From a virus, in IMG/VR virus record IMGVR_UViG_3300021963_005267, positions 1 through 64,000 of that record: a DNA stretch of 64,000 bases. One strand, written 5' to 3'. Position 1 is the stretch's first letter, and every line of letters begins with the position of its first letter. The notes below the pieces were generated by a model that did not search any database, had not been told where the DNA came from, and was given only the letters and a program-made list of their open reading frames with translations. This document shows positions 36,765-46,979 of the stretch, in pieces. Position numbers and translations under genes: made by a program.

Positions 36765-39700
36765 ATGAAACTGGCAATAATAGATATAATTGGTATTCCT
36801 TATGATGGAAATACAGTATTCAAACAAGGTCTAGGTGGTTCAGAAAGTGCTGTAACCTATATCAGCAAGGACCTTGCTAAATTAAATTTTGATGTTACAG
36901 TGTTTAATAACTGTGATCTAGATCACGCTCGTCCAGGAGTATATGATTCAGTTACCTATCGTCCGTTATCTGACCTATCTCAAGATCACGATTTTGACAT
37001 AGTGATCAGCAGCAGAACTGTGATACCTTTTCTCACAGACACACAGTTTCAACAGGTAGGTGACATTAGAGCACTGCCATTTGCTGATAAACTAATTTAC
37101 CAACGCATTCTCAGCAGAGCCAAGCAGCGTATCTTATGGATGCACGACACATTTTGTCTCGGCGACAATCTCATCGAAGATCTAGTTACCTCGGATAAAA
37201 TTACCACTGTATTCACCCTCAGTGATTGGCATTTGACCTATGTGTTGAATTGCCATCACGGACGTAGGCGTAACTTTGAAGTGTTGAAACACAAAACATT
37301 CATCACACGCAATGGTGCATACCTACATAAACAAGAAGTAGACATAAAAGCCAAAGATCCCAACAGATTTGTCTATAACGCTTCAGTTACCAAAGGTATG
37401 ATTCCTTTGGTCAAAGAAATTTGGCCCAGAGTCAAACAACAGCTGCCTCAAGCCAAACTCACTGTGATTGGTGGCTACTATAGATTCACAGTCAACGGAC
37501 AGCCAGATCAACAGGAACAAGACTGGCGTCAAATGGCCAATGATCCTGCAAATCTACAATTGGATATAGAATTCACTGGTGTTATTCCTCAAAGCGAAAT
37601 AGCTGATAGATTGGCCGGTGCTAACTTTATGATTTATCCTGCTGCTTTCCCAGAAACATTTGGCATCAGCACACTAGAAAGCATCTGTTACAACACTCCA
37701 GTTATAACCTGTAGATTTGGAGCCTTAGAAGAAGTGGCTCTGTCAGGTGCCTGTTATCTGTTAGACTATGCCATAGAGCCAAATGTTCTGTTTCAAGACA
37801 TCAACACACAGCAGCAGATTCAAAAGTTTGTAGAGCTCACTGTCAATGCCTATCACAACACCTATCTACATCAACAGAAACAGTACTATGCCAACATAGT
37901 TAAACCTATAGCCGGGTGGGACACAGTGGCTCTGCAATGGAAACAGTTTTTCTATAAAAACTGCGGGCTTTATCTCAGTCTAGAAGAATATCGAAGAGTC
38001 TCTAAGATAAATCGCAGAGTTCATAAGATCTACAATAGACGATATCACAACGTTGTGGAATTAGAAAATTACAAATCCAACAGTGAACAAAAGATCAACA
38101 TAGTCAGCACATTCTACAACAATCAAAATTATATTGCAAGGTGTATTGAAAGTGTAGCTAGCCAAGACTATGACAATTATCATCACTATCTAATCGATGA
38201 CGCCAGCACAGATAGCACAGTGTCTGCGGTCAAACAGTGTCTAGAACAACTACCACAACATCTACAGAATAAATTTACTCTAATTGTCAACGATCAAAAT
38301 CAGGGTGCTGTGCGCAATCAAGTAGATTTATTTAGAACTCTAGAAACTGACAGTATCATAATGATTCTAGACGGCGATGACAGTCTGGTTAATGACAATA
38401 CTGTGTTATCCTACTACAATACTCTGTATCAGGATGATCTAGAATTTACCTATGGTAGTTCTTGGAGTATGGTTGATAACATTCCTCTAATCAGTCAGCC
38501 CTATCCAGAACAAGTAAAACAAAATAAGAGTTATAGACAGCATCATTTTAATTGGATACTGCCTTATACTCATCTGCGTACATTTAAAAAATATCTTATA
38601 GATGCCTGTACCGATGATCAATTCCAAGACAGTCAGGGAAAATGGTATCGTGCAGGAGGTGATGGCTCTGTGTTTTATGCACTGATAGAACAGGCTGAAC
38701 CCAACAAGATACTCTGTATACAAGACATAGTTTATAATTACAACGACACTAATCCATTAAATGACTACAAGGTAAACGCAGATGAACAAAATCGTTCAGC
38801 AAAAGAAATTATAGGAAAAACACAGATGCCAAAAAAAAAGATATTGATAGCCATACCCACAGCCAAGAATATAGAACCGGATACATTCAAGAGCATCTAC
38901 GATCAGATCATACCAGAGGGTTTCGAAACCACATTTCAATTCTTTTATGGATATAGAATAGACCAGGTACGAAATCTCATTGCTGATTGGACTATTAAAG
39001 GATTTGATTATCTTTGGGCCGTAGACTATGACATGTCGTTCCCTCCCGATACCCTAGCAAAATTATTAAGTTACGATAAAGATGTTGTTACTGCTTTATA
39101 CAGACAGCGTAAACAAGAACAGATTTTAGAAGTATACGAATCAACTGACTGGGGCGGAGTCACACATATACCGTATCATAAAATACAAAATCAGGGATTA
39201 ACAGAAGTTGCTGCTTGTGGATTTGGATGTGTATTAATTAAATCTGATGTGTTTAAAGTTGTAGGGTACCCTCAATTTGAATATCATGTTGCTCTTGACC
39301 ATGCTAATACTGTTAGCGAAGATGTTGATTTTTGTCGAAAAGTTAAAAATCGAGGATTTAGTATCTGGGCAGATACTACAATTTTATGCAGACACATAGG
39401 TCAATTTTATTTTGACATTGTATCAGAAACAACGCCGGCTACTAAAATTATAGACTATACCTCTAGACTTAGAGAATTGGGTAGTCAGCGACTTATTCCT
39501 TCTCAACACGTAGAATTTTTACAATCGCTATCTATAGAACCTAAGGTAATATACGACATAGGCGCCTGTGTATTGCACTGGACTAATGAAGCCAAACGAA
39601 TATGGCCATCTGCTGAATATGTAGTGTTTGAAGCTATGCCAGAATGTGAATTTTTATATAAAGAAAATAATTTATTATATCATGTTGGAGTGTTAAGCAA

Positions 39701-40109
39701 CAGCACAGGAAAAGAAATAGAGTTTTATCAAAATACATATCATCCAGGCGGCAATAGTTATTATCGTGAAAATGTAGAAATTAATCCTGAAGCTAATGAT
39801 TATTTTAACGAAAATCATCGTAGAACATATACAACTGTAACACTAGATGCTGTGGTTAATCTTAAAAAAATGCCTTTGCCTGATCTAATTAAAATGGATG
39901 TTCAAGGAGCAGAATTAGATGTATTAATGGGTGCTCAGGAAACTCTAGCTCAATGCAATCATGTTATTTTAGAGTGTCAAAGCGTAGAATATAATAAAGG
40001 AGCTCCTTTAAAAGAAGAAGTAATAGCATTTATGCAGGGTTTGGGTTTTAAAAACAATGGTCTATTTTGTTCTAACGGTCCAGATGGAGATTACTATTTT
40101 ACCAGATAA
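36765..40109 (+). CDS. Multidomain GT4 + GT2 + GT2-like + FkbM methyltransferase fusion
   Basis: GGSESA and ETFGISTLE (GT4); CIESV..Q.Y...IDDASTD and LDGDD (GT2); ILIAIPT...VDYD...GFGCVLI...SEDVDFC; YDIGA...IKMDVQGAE (FkbM). Confidence 0.9.
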   Translation: MKLAIIDIIGIPYDGNTVFKQGLGGSESAVTYISKDLAKLNFDVTVFNNCDLDHARPGVYDSVTYRPLSDLSQDHDFDIVISSRTVIPFLTDTQFQQVGDIRALPFADKLIYQRILSRAKQRILWMHDTFCLGDNLIEDLVTSDKITTVFTLSDWHLTYVLNCHHGRRRNFEVLKHKTFITRNGAYLHKQEVDIKAKDPNRFVYNASVTKGMIPLVKEIWPRVKQQLPQAKLTVIGGYYRFTVNGQPDQQEQDWRQMANDPANLQLDIEFTGVIPQSEIADRLAGANFMIYPAAFPETFGISTLESICYNTPVITCRFGALEEVALSGACYLLDYAIEPNVLFQDINTQQQIQKFVELTVNAYHNTYLHQQKQYYANIVKPIAGWDTVALQWKQFFYKNCGLYLSLEEYRRVSKINRRVHKIYNRRYHNVVELENYKSNSEQKINIVSTFYNNQNYIARCIESVASQDYDNYHHYLIDDASTDSTVSAVKQCLEQLPQHLQNKFTLIVNDQNQGAVRNQVDLFRTLETDSIIMILDGDDSLVNDNTVLSYYNTLYQDDLEFTYGSSWSMVDNIPLISQPYPEQVKQNKSYRQHHFNWILPYTHLRTFKKYLIDACTDDQFQDSQGKWYRAGGDGSVFYALIEQAEPNKILCIQDIVYNYNDTNPLNDYKVNADEQNRSAKEIIGKTQMPKKKILIAIPTAKNIEPDTFKSIYDQIIPEGFETTFQFFYGYRIDQVRNLIADWTIKGFDYLWAVDYDMSFPPDTLAKLLSYDKDVVTALYRQRKQEQILEVYESTDWGGVTHIPYHKIQNQGLTEVAACGFGCVLIKSDVFKVVGYPQFEYHVALDHANTVSEDVDFCRKVKNRGFSIWADTTILCRHIGQFYFDIVSETTPATKIIDYTSRLRELGSQRLIPSQHVEFLQSLSIEPKVIYDIGACVLHWTNEAKRIWPSAEYVVFEAMPECEFLYKENNLLYHVGVLSNSTGKEIEFYQNTYHPGGNSYYRENVEINPEANDYFNENHRRTYTTVTLDAVVNLKKMPLPDLIKMDVQGAELDVLMGAQETLAQCNHVILECQSVEYNKGAPLKEEVIAFMQGLGFKNNGLFCSNGPDGDYYFTR

Positions 40110-40198
40110 ATATCAAAAAGATCTTTGTAAATCAAATTATGACCTACAGAAAGTATATAAACATCATCGGCGAGAGTATACTCTAAAGGAGCAAACAA

Positions 40199-40834
40199 AT
40201 GAGCTTCTTAGTAGCAAATCTTCCCCCAATACACTGTTTCGTTCGTAAAGAATTTTTATATGATTTCCAAAAAGGACACGGTGAGTATGAACCTTGCATA
40301 TGGGTTAGTATCAAAAGTCTACGAAGTCAAGCATTTAGGATTGAATCATATTTGCCGCGTTATGGCGCACTTTATGACAAACTACCTTTACATGCGTTTG
40401 TGTCACGCACAGAAGATCTTGAACCAGAAAAGTTTTTACCTCTAGACACATTACAGATTTGGGATTGTTTCAGTTACGATATCGCGATTATACAGAAAGC
40501 TTTCTTGCGTAATCTCAGCTGTAAGTTTTACGCCAAAGACAAACAGATGTACGGCGGCGACTATATGTTTACTGTGGACAATGCCAGTCCAGATCTTAAT
40601 ATAATCGATACCAGTTACAGTGAATGGCCAGAAGATCATAAGAGCTTTAACTTCATACAACTGGACAACGGGCAGTATGCGGCACAGCCTAACAACCGTT
40701 GTTTGTTCTTTGATGCAGCCAGCAATCCTAAGGAAATTCAGTTCCCAGACTTCAAAGTTTGCACTAAGAAATACGTAGTAGAAACTAATCCAAAATGGAG
40801 ACTCGGTGATAGCGATACAGTAACATACGAATAA
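40199..40834 (+). CDS. Conserved-looking hypothetical phage protein
   Basis: 211 aa, SD AAGGAG. Confidence 0.8.
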   Translation: MSFLVANLPPIHCFVRKEFLYDFQKGHGEYEPCIWVSIKSLRSQAFRIESYLPRYGALYDKLPLHAFVSRTEDLEPEKFLPLDTLQIWDCFSYDIAIIQKAFLRNLSCKFYAKDKQMYGGDYMFTVDNASPDLNIIDTSYSEWPEDHKSFNFIQLDNGQYAAQPNNRCLFFDAASNPKEIQFPDFKVCTKKYVVETNPKWRLGDSDTVTYE

Positions 40835-40859
40835 ATACAGTTATTATTTTGGAATAACA

Positions 40860-41672
40860 ATGAAAAAACTGCTACTATTATTATCTTTATTCGTATCTAC
40901 TGCATTTGCCTGGGATCAAAGACCCCCGCTTCCAGTAGAAAGCTGCCAAGTTCATAGCCCTTATGGATTTGCCCAAACAGCAAGAGCAGCACAGCCAATC
41001 TGTAGGGAAGCATATCTTGTAGCATACGATCCCCCTGCTAAGATCCCTATGTATGTTGCTTATACATTACTTCCACAAAATGCCTTAGGATGCTTTCCAC
41101 GTACGAACGCATTCGTTGCGGATCAATCAATACAGGGCGGTCCACGTCCAGATGATTACGCAGGCACAGGTTACGACAAAGGACATGCTGCTCCCGATGG
41201 TGATCTTAGCTGGTCACAGATTGTGGAGTATGAAAGTTTCTTGATGACAAATATGTATCCACAACATGGAAGTTTAAATCGTGGAATTTGGAAGCTTCTG
41301 GAAACATCAGTGCGTGGGTGGGCGGTTCAGCAGAACAACGCTTTTACTATCTACGTGGGGGCATACTATGGAGCTGGTAATGAAACTATTGGCAAAGGTG
41401 TTATAGTTCCTCATGGTTTCTACAAGATTGTTATCAACAACAACACAGGTGCAGTAGCAGGTTGGGCTTTCCCTCATACCAAACCTTACGTCAATCTAGG
41501 CAACGACCTAACTAAATTCCGTGTACCGGTTGCACAGATTATGCAACAGGCAGGAGTTAATTTTGCATTTCCTCCTAACGCAAAAGAATTACAACCTGGC
41601 GGCGAATGGCCGGTAGACTACGGTGCATTGACTAATGCCAAACGTGCCAAGTGTGGGAAGAATGCCGAATGA
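40860..41672 (+). CDS. DNA/RNA non-specific endonuclease (NucA/EndoG family) with signal peptide
   Basis: MKKLLLLLSLFVSTAFA signal; YDKGHAAP, F.MTNM.PQ...LNRGIWKLLE, VP.GFYKIV. Confidence 0.92.
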   Translation: MKKLLLLLSLFVSTAFAWDQRPPLPVESCQVHSPYGFAQTARAAQPICREAYLVAYDPPAKIPMYVAYTLLPQNALGCFPRTNAFVADQSIQGGPRPDDYAGTGYDKGHAAPDGDLSWSQIVEYESFLMTNMYPQHGSLNRGIWKLLETSVRGWAVQQNNAFTIYVGAYYGAGNETIGKGVIVPHGFYKIVINNNTGAVAGWAFPHTKPYVNLGNDLTKFRVPVAQIMQQAGVNFAFPPNAKELQPGGEWPVDYGALTNAKRAKCGKNAE

Positions 41673-42505
41673 AATCCTTTAAAGACTATCTAGAAGAAGC
41701 AGATCGTAAACGCCAGGATGCTGAAGACGATCCAGAACGTCCTAAAAAGACCAAAGAAAAAGATGACACTGACTGGAGCGGCCTAGACGATCTGTTTTCT
41801 CCAAAAGCAGATAATCCTCTAGTGCCTCAAGAACCAGAGAGGAATCAAGAACGCCCCGAAGAGCCCGGCGGTGAGGATCCTCGTAGAAGAGCTAGCCAAC
41901 GAGATACACAAAGAGCAGCAGGCAATGTAACTCCTAACGATCGTATGCGTGATCTATTAAGCCGCATGCGTGACATTGAAAATGATCCAGATGATCCAGG
42001 GTATCCAGAACCAGAGAACCCAGATGTGCCTGCTATAAGAGTTGATACACAAAACTTGCCCGCAGTAGCCGGACAAAACTTACAGGCAGCTGGAGTACAG
42101 AATCCAGACTTCCATCAGGTAGCTAACTTACCGGGTAACATGAATCGTGCTATCCGTTCGCTAGGACGTCAGTTATTCCGCTCATTTACAAGAACAGAAA
42201 CAAATGATATTTGGATGATTGGAAACCTAGGTGGTCAAGGTCCTAACAGCACACAAGAAGTTAATGCTGTGGCAAATTGGGTTAGAGAAAACGGAGATGA
42301 TATCGGTACTGGTAATATAGATTTTGATACCAGCATCCCAGGATATTCTGCAGATATTAGACAATACTCTGCGGGCGGTATTAGATGGTTGTTGGTTAAT
42401 GATGAATTTGGAAGATACATTTACAGCTGGCCAGAACAGGACAGTGTGCAGCAGGCAAATGCTCCTGCTCTAGGTAATGATCGTCCTCGCTTACCTAACC
42501 GATAA
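41669..42505 (+). CDS. Putative internal head protein
   Basis: Start ATG 41669, MKSFKDYLEEA; acidic, Pro-rich disordered N-half. Confidence 0.7.
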   Translation: MKSFKDYLEEADRKRQDAEDDPERPKKTKEKDDTDWSGLDDLFSPKADNPLVPQEPERNQERPEEPGGEDPRRRASQRDTQRAAGNVTPNDRMRDLLSRMRDIENDPDDPGYPEPENPDVPAIRVDTQNLPAVAGQNLQAAGVQNPDFHQVANLPGNMNRAIRSLGRQLFRSFTRTETNDIWMIGNLGGQGPNSTQEVNAVANWVRENGDDIGTGNIDFDTSIPGYSADIRQYSAGGIRWLLVNDEFGRYIYSWPEQDSVQQANAPALGNDRPRLPNR

Positions 42506-42507
42506 AT

Positions 42508-43392
42508 ATGACTATGAGAAAAGAATCATTACAAGAATTTGCTCAGCTATGCGAAACCTTTATTGCAGAAGCTAGCACCTCAATGGATCTTGTCAGGTCC
42601 AAGAACGGCGGTCCTCAGGTTATCAAAAAATTGCATAGCCAGGGGCTATCACACGAACAAAGCTATCAGCCTATAGAAAAGATCAGTTGGAGTGAGCTCA
42701 AAGGCAACTACAATAACAACTGGGTTATCATTGTCGGTGATCGTGGAGTTGGTGCAATCAAAGCCAGCGAACGAGATTATGAAGCATTAGCTAGTTCAGG
42801 TGGCGATGTTCTATCTAAGAGAGACGATCGTGGCGGTAACATATTAGATTTCTTAAAAGGTAACATAGGAGGTCTACGTAAATTTTATGTAGGTAGAGGA
42901 TCTAGTGATGTTAAAGACAAAAAGAAACAACGTGCTGATCTTAAGAAACAAGCAGATGCTACTACAGTTACTAGAAAAGATATCGTAAAGAAATTTAAAC
43001 CTTTGTGGGATAAAGCATTAGAGCAGGCCTATGCCGATGTTAAAGGCATGGCTGTTACAATGATCAAGAACGATGCTTTTGAAAAGGCTAAAAAGAAACT
43101 ATCCCAATTAGATTATATCACAAACGCTAGAGAACACATTGAATCTGGAAATACAGACTTCCCAGAATATGTAGAAAGTGCTGTACAGACAGCTATCTCT
43201 ATGGCAGCAGTATATCACTATCCAGAATTATCCGGAGAAATACAAACCTCTCGATACGGTTACAGATCCTCGGGATATACAACAACAAATGACGAAGGCC
43301 CTCGCAAGTTACTTCAGGACATAGCTAACGGAGATACTGCAAAGTTAGGATCTATATTGGCATACTTCAAGAGGAGCTTAGTATCAGGATGA
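42508..43392 (+). CDS. Hypothetical protein (putative virion-internal)
   Basis: 294 aa; QEFAQLCETFIAEA near the N-terminus. Confidence 0.75.
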   Translation: MTMRKESLQEFAQLCETFIAEASTSMDLVRSKNGGPQVIKKLHSQGLSHEQSYQPIEKISWSELKGNYNNNWVIIVGDRGVGAIKASERDYEALASSGGDVLSKRDDRGGNILDFLKGNIGGLRKFYVGRGSSDVKDKKKQRADLKKQADATTVTRKDIVKKFKPLWDKALEQAYADVKGMAVTMIKNDAFEKAKKKLSQLDYITNAREHIESGNTDFPEYVESAVQTAISMAAVYHYPELSGEIQTSRYGYRSSGYTTTNDEGPRKLLQDIANGDTAKLGSILAYFKRSLVSG

Positions 43393-44597
43393 GATTAATT
43401 ACAGATTTAGAACCAACATTTGAGCAAGCTCTAACAGAAGCAAACATAGCTTCTAAGATCAAAGATCCTCAAAAGATTAAATTACTAAGATTAGCAGTGC
43501 TTCACGATTCAACATTTCCTAAGCATAAGATAGCGGCTTTAGGACCAACGGCATTTCGTCAAGACCAGGATCCCAAGAAGCAAGCAGAGAACGATCAACA
43601 AATTCTACAGCTCTGGAGCGACACCATTGATAGATTATTATCAAACACTGAGTTTGGAGACCTTAGCGCAGACGGCAAGTTTGACGATTGGTTGTTTAAT
43701 CTTTATATTAAAGGTGCAGCAGACTACGAAGATATCTCGGGTGAAGCTGTTAATGCGTTAGGCATCTGGAAAGTATTGAGCAGGCGTGGTAAACTCAAGC
43801 CAATCGATCAGGACTTTAATAAATTTAAATCTATCAAGACTCTACAAAGAATTCGCAATGACAGAGATTATAGAAGAGAACTAGATCGTATTAAGGACTC
43901 AGAACGTATTGAAGCTCTTAAGCGTGATGCCAAACAGACTGTGTTAATTGACGATAATCGTTTCTATGTTATTGTTCCATTGAACTTCGGTAGTTGCTAT
44001 GTAACAGATAGAGGACAAGGATATACTCCTAACTTCTGTACAAGTTCTAGCAATGGTCACGAATGGTTCCAGCGTTATGCTCCAGACGGCATTATCGTAA
44101 ATGTAACAGATAAACAAAACATAGATGCTGAAGATGGCAAGTGGCAGATGCATGCTGCTACTAATCAAATCGTCAGAGGAGATCAGGAACGCAGACACGA
44201 TGTATCTTATAACGATCAACGATTTGCAGATCTGTTTCCAGGTCTAATGAAACGAATACTAGCAGCCTTAGCCAGCAAAGCAGATGAAATTAAACAAGGA
44301 TCTGTTAATCTAACCCGAAGCGGCGAAGGTTACGATGTACAGGCCAACATTGACATGATGAAACGCAAGTTCCCAGCATCATTTGCATCAGAAGCTCCGG
44401 CAGAAGAAGAAGAGGATACTGGTCCAGGAACTTATTTGATCACGCATACAACATCTGGCAGAACAGCACGAATCACAGCAGAAAGCAAACAAGATGCTAT
44501 TGACAAATTGTTAGCTAGACATCCAGACGTAAACCTAGAAGAGTTTACTATCAAGAAGCAAAAAGAAGAACCTACTGACGAGGATCTAATTCAGTAA
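43389..44597 (+). CDS. Hypothetical protein (putative virion-internal)
   Basis: 402 aa, ATGA coupling, LTEA near the N-terminus. Confidence 0.75.
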   Translation: MRLITDLEPTFEQALTEANIASKIKDPQKIKLLRLAVLHDSTFPKHKIAALGPTAFRQDQDPKKQAENDQQILQLWSDTIDRLLSNTEFGDLSADGKFDDWLFNLYIKGAADYEDISGEAVNALGIWKVLSRRGKLKPIDQDFNKFKSIKTLQRIRNDRDYRRELDRIKDSERIEALKRDAKQTVLIDDNRFYVIVPLNFGSCYVTDRGQGYTPNFCTSSSNGHEWFQRYAPDGIIVNVTDKQNIDAEDGKWQMHAATNQIVRGDQERRHDVSYNDQRFADLFPGLMKRILAALASKADEIKQGSVNLTRSGEGYDVQANIDMMKRKFPASFASEAPAEEEEDTGPGTYLITHTTSGRTARITAESKQDAIDKLLARHPDVNLEEFTIKKQKEEPTDEDLIQ

Positions 44598-44690
44598 CAC
44601 CTACCTTAGGACGTTATCGTTACATAGGTGTGCCCGGCTGCTGGGCAGAGCGTTATGGGAGTCGTGCCCCGGAATGGCGCTCTAAGTGAG
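44597..44690 (+). ncRNA. Candidate structured RNA element (three hairpins)
   Basis: GC-rich spacer between convergent genes: ACACCTA/TAGGTGT, TGCCCGG/CTGGGCA, and AGAGCGTTA/TGGCGCTCT enclosing GGG-AGTCGTG-CCC. Strand uncertain. Confidence 0.45.
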
Positions 44691-44692
44691 CA

Positions 44693-44899
44693 TTACCAAT
44701 GTCTAATAGTATTTGCTATAATAAAACAGCAAGTCACTACGTGTATAACTACCCAGAATGTTTTTAAGAATAATGCTATCCTAGCTTCTCGGATAGTTAA
44801 TACAGGTACTGTGGGCCGATCCTCGTCGGTGTGACCCATTAGATGACCAGTGGCTCTGGCCCATATCCGTTCAAGACTTCTGACCGGTGATGATTTCAT
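44693..44899 (-). CDS. Small membrane protein
   Basis: 68 aa with a hydrophobic C-terminal segment. Confidence 0.65.
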   Translation of the reverse strand: MKSSPVRSLERIWARATGHLMGHTDEDRPTVPVLTIREARIALFLKTFWVVIHVVTCCFIIANTIRHW

Positions 44900-45461
44900 A
44901 TACTTCTCGCCAATTTTTAACTACAGGATAGGTACATTCGTGATGCATATTGTGCCCGTGTTCAATAAGAATCGAGCTCAATCCCAATTCGTGCCCAACA
45001 TCAGCATTAGCCGGCTTATCTTCGATCCACCACATACCGCTTTGCTTATAAGGAGATAACGCACCGTCTTTATCTGCTCCGGTATCTAGACAAATCACAT
45101 CTTCGATAGCATTACCAAACAACTTACGCAGATTCATTTCTCGAAGTCTTTGTGCGTTTTTGTCTAGGCTCAAGCTAGTAATGACCCGGAACTGATATCC
45201 GTGCTCTTCGTGGAGCCGTTTAACATAGAACGTGCTGTCTCTTAATGCAGGAAGAAATCCAATGGCTGCTGATTCGTTAAAAGTCTTTACAACCTTCTTA
45301 GCGTCTTTCTCGTCTAATTCATTGTAGTGATGATGCAGGTAATAACTTTTCTTGTTGTCTGCGGTAAGTGTGTAACCACGTTCTTGCATCCAAACTGAGA
45401 ATGCCCATTCCCAATCAAGTAATACGCCGTCTGCGTCTGTGAGTATGATTTTGTTTTTCAT
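44871..45461 (-). CDS. HAD-superfamily hydrolase, 5'(3')-deoxyribonucleotidase-like
   Basis: ILTDADGVLLD motif I, VITS motif II, K...WIEDK motifs III/IV. Confidence 0.85.
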   Translation of the reverse strand: MKNKIILTDADGVLLDWEWAFSVWMQERGYTLTADNKKSYYLHHHYNELDEKDAKKVVKTFNESAAIGFLPALRDSTFYVKRLHEEHGYQFRVITSLSLDKNAQRLREMNLRKLFGNAIEDVICLDTGADKDGALSPYKQSGMWWIEDKPANADVGHELGLSSILIEHGHNMHHECTYPVVKNWREVYEIITGQKS

Positions 45462-45670
45462 TTATAAAAAAGTCCAAAAATGTAAATTGCCAATAGTCCA
45501 CCGTTAATAACCACAAGGTTCCATTCTTTGATCCTTAAACTCCAAATCAAATAAAGAAATGCTCCTGCGTTTAATAACCAAATATTGGTTGGGTCTATTC
45601 GTAAACTAGTGCAGACTGCACCAGCTAGCGTTACAAAACACGCAGCCCATTTTAAGATAGAGTCTAACAT
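45458..45670 (-). CDS. Small multi-pass membrane protein
   Basis: Start reassigned to ATG 45670 (MLDSILKW), 6 nt after a sigma70 -10; three hydrophobic segments. Confidence 0.7.
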   Translation of the reverse strand: MLDSILKWAACFVTLAGAVCTSLRIDPTNIWLLNAGAFLYLIWSLRIKEWNLVVINGGLLAIYIFGLFYK

Positions 45671-45676
45671 AATCCT

Positions 45677-45705
45677 ATTATATACACAGTTATAGATCTT
45701 GTCAA
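45677..45705 (-). promoter_or_regulatory. sigma70-type promoter (leaderless)
   Basis: TTGACA-17-TATAAT-6 nt-ATG. Confidence 0.85.
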
Positions 45706-45763
45706 GTAGTTTGTTCCAGTTGCTGCCCTGCCATAAATACTGGGTCATATTAAAGGAGACCCC

Positions 45764-46972
45764 GTGAAACAAAGAAATTACACACAAGACACAGTCCGCA
45801 AGTTACAAGGCTCATTACAAATTGAGCATACTTTAGCAAAACGTGGCGCATACAAACTACGCGAGCTATTAGCAAACGAACCATACGTTAATACGCTAGG
45901 CGCATACAGCGGTCAACAAGCCGTTCAACATGCCAAAGCAGGACTCAAAGCAATTTACCTATCAGGCTGGCAAGTAGCCGCAGCCGCAAACACAGCAAAC
46001 CAAACATATCCAGATCAAAGTTTATATCCAGTAAACTCTGTCCCAACAATCGTACGACAAATTAACAATGCTTTCCGTCGTGCTGATCAAATTGAATACT
46101 CAGAAGGTAATGCGACTACAGATTACTTCTTACCAATTGTAGCAGATGCTGAAGCAGGCTTTGGTGGTGCGTTAAACGCATATGAACTAATGATGGCAAT
46201 GATTGAAGCAGGAGCCGCAGGCGTACACTTTGAAGATCAATTAAGTTCAGAAAAGAAATGTGGACACTTAGGTGGTAAGGTTTTAATTCCTACTAGCCAA
46301 GCAATTCGCAACCTACAGGCCGCACGTCTAGCAAGTGACGTAGCAGGTGTTGACACAGTTATCATGGCACGTACAGATGCCGAATCTGCTACACTGATCA
46401 CTAGCGATCATGACCCATTAGACAAGGATTTTATTATTAATGAACGTACTGACGAAGGTTTTTACAAATTTAAAAACGGGCTTGATGCTTGTATTAGGAG
46501 AGGTCTTGCTTATGCCCCTTACGCTGATCTCCTTTGGTTCGAAACTAGCACACCTGATATCAAACAGGCTAGAGTCTTTGCTGAAGCGATCCGTGCCCGT
46601 TATCCTGATCAAATGCTTGCTTATAATTGCAGTCCTAGTTTTAATTGGCAAAAGTTTTTAAGCATTGAAGAATGTGAAACATTCCAACGTGAACTAGGCG
46701 AACTAGGTTATAAGTTTCAGTTCATAACACTAGCAGGCTTCCACTCGGTTAATCTTGCTACATTTGAACTTGCTGAAGCATATCGTTTACGTGGTATGGC
46801 TGGTTATAGCGAAATGCAACAACGTGAGTTTGAAGCACAGGCTCGTGGCTTTACTACTGTTAAACATCAACGTGAAGTTGGCGTTGGTTACTTTGATTTA
46901 ATTAGTGAAGCAGTTGGTGCTACATCTACAGTTGCTAACAAGAGCTCTACAGAAGCAGATCAGTTCCACTAA
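45764..46972 (+). CDS. aceA: Isocitrate lyase
   Basis: [42 protein letters not shown] signature, YNCSPSFNW; GTG start with SD AAGGAG. Confidence 0.97.
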   Translation: MKQRNYTQDTVRKLQGSLQIEHTLAKRGAYKLRELLANEPYVNTLGAYSGQQAVQHAKAGLKAIYLSGWQVAAAANTANQTYPDQSLYPVNSVPTIVRQINNAFRRADQIEYSEGNATTDYFLPIVADAEAGFGGALNAYELMMAMIEAGAAGVHFEDQLSSEKKCGHLGGKVLIPTSQAIRNLQAARLASDVAGVDTVIMARTDAESATLITSDHDPLDKDFIINERTDEGFYKFKNGLDACIRRGLAYAPYADLLWFETSTPDIKQARVFAEAIRARYPDQMLAYNCSPSFNWQKFLSIEECETFQRELGELGYKFQFITLAGFHSVNLATFELAEAYRLRGMAGYSEMQQREFEAQARGFTTVKHQREVGVGYFDLISEAVGATSTVANKSSTEADQFH

Positions 46973-46979
46973 ATATTAA

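Noticed and set aside
44628-44834. 68-aa + strand ORF across the candidate ncRNA
   Set aside because: It overlaps the opposite-strand membrane ORF and has no recognisable features; the stem structure explains the region better.
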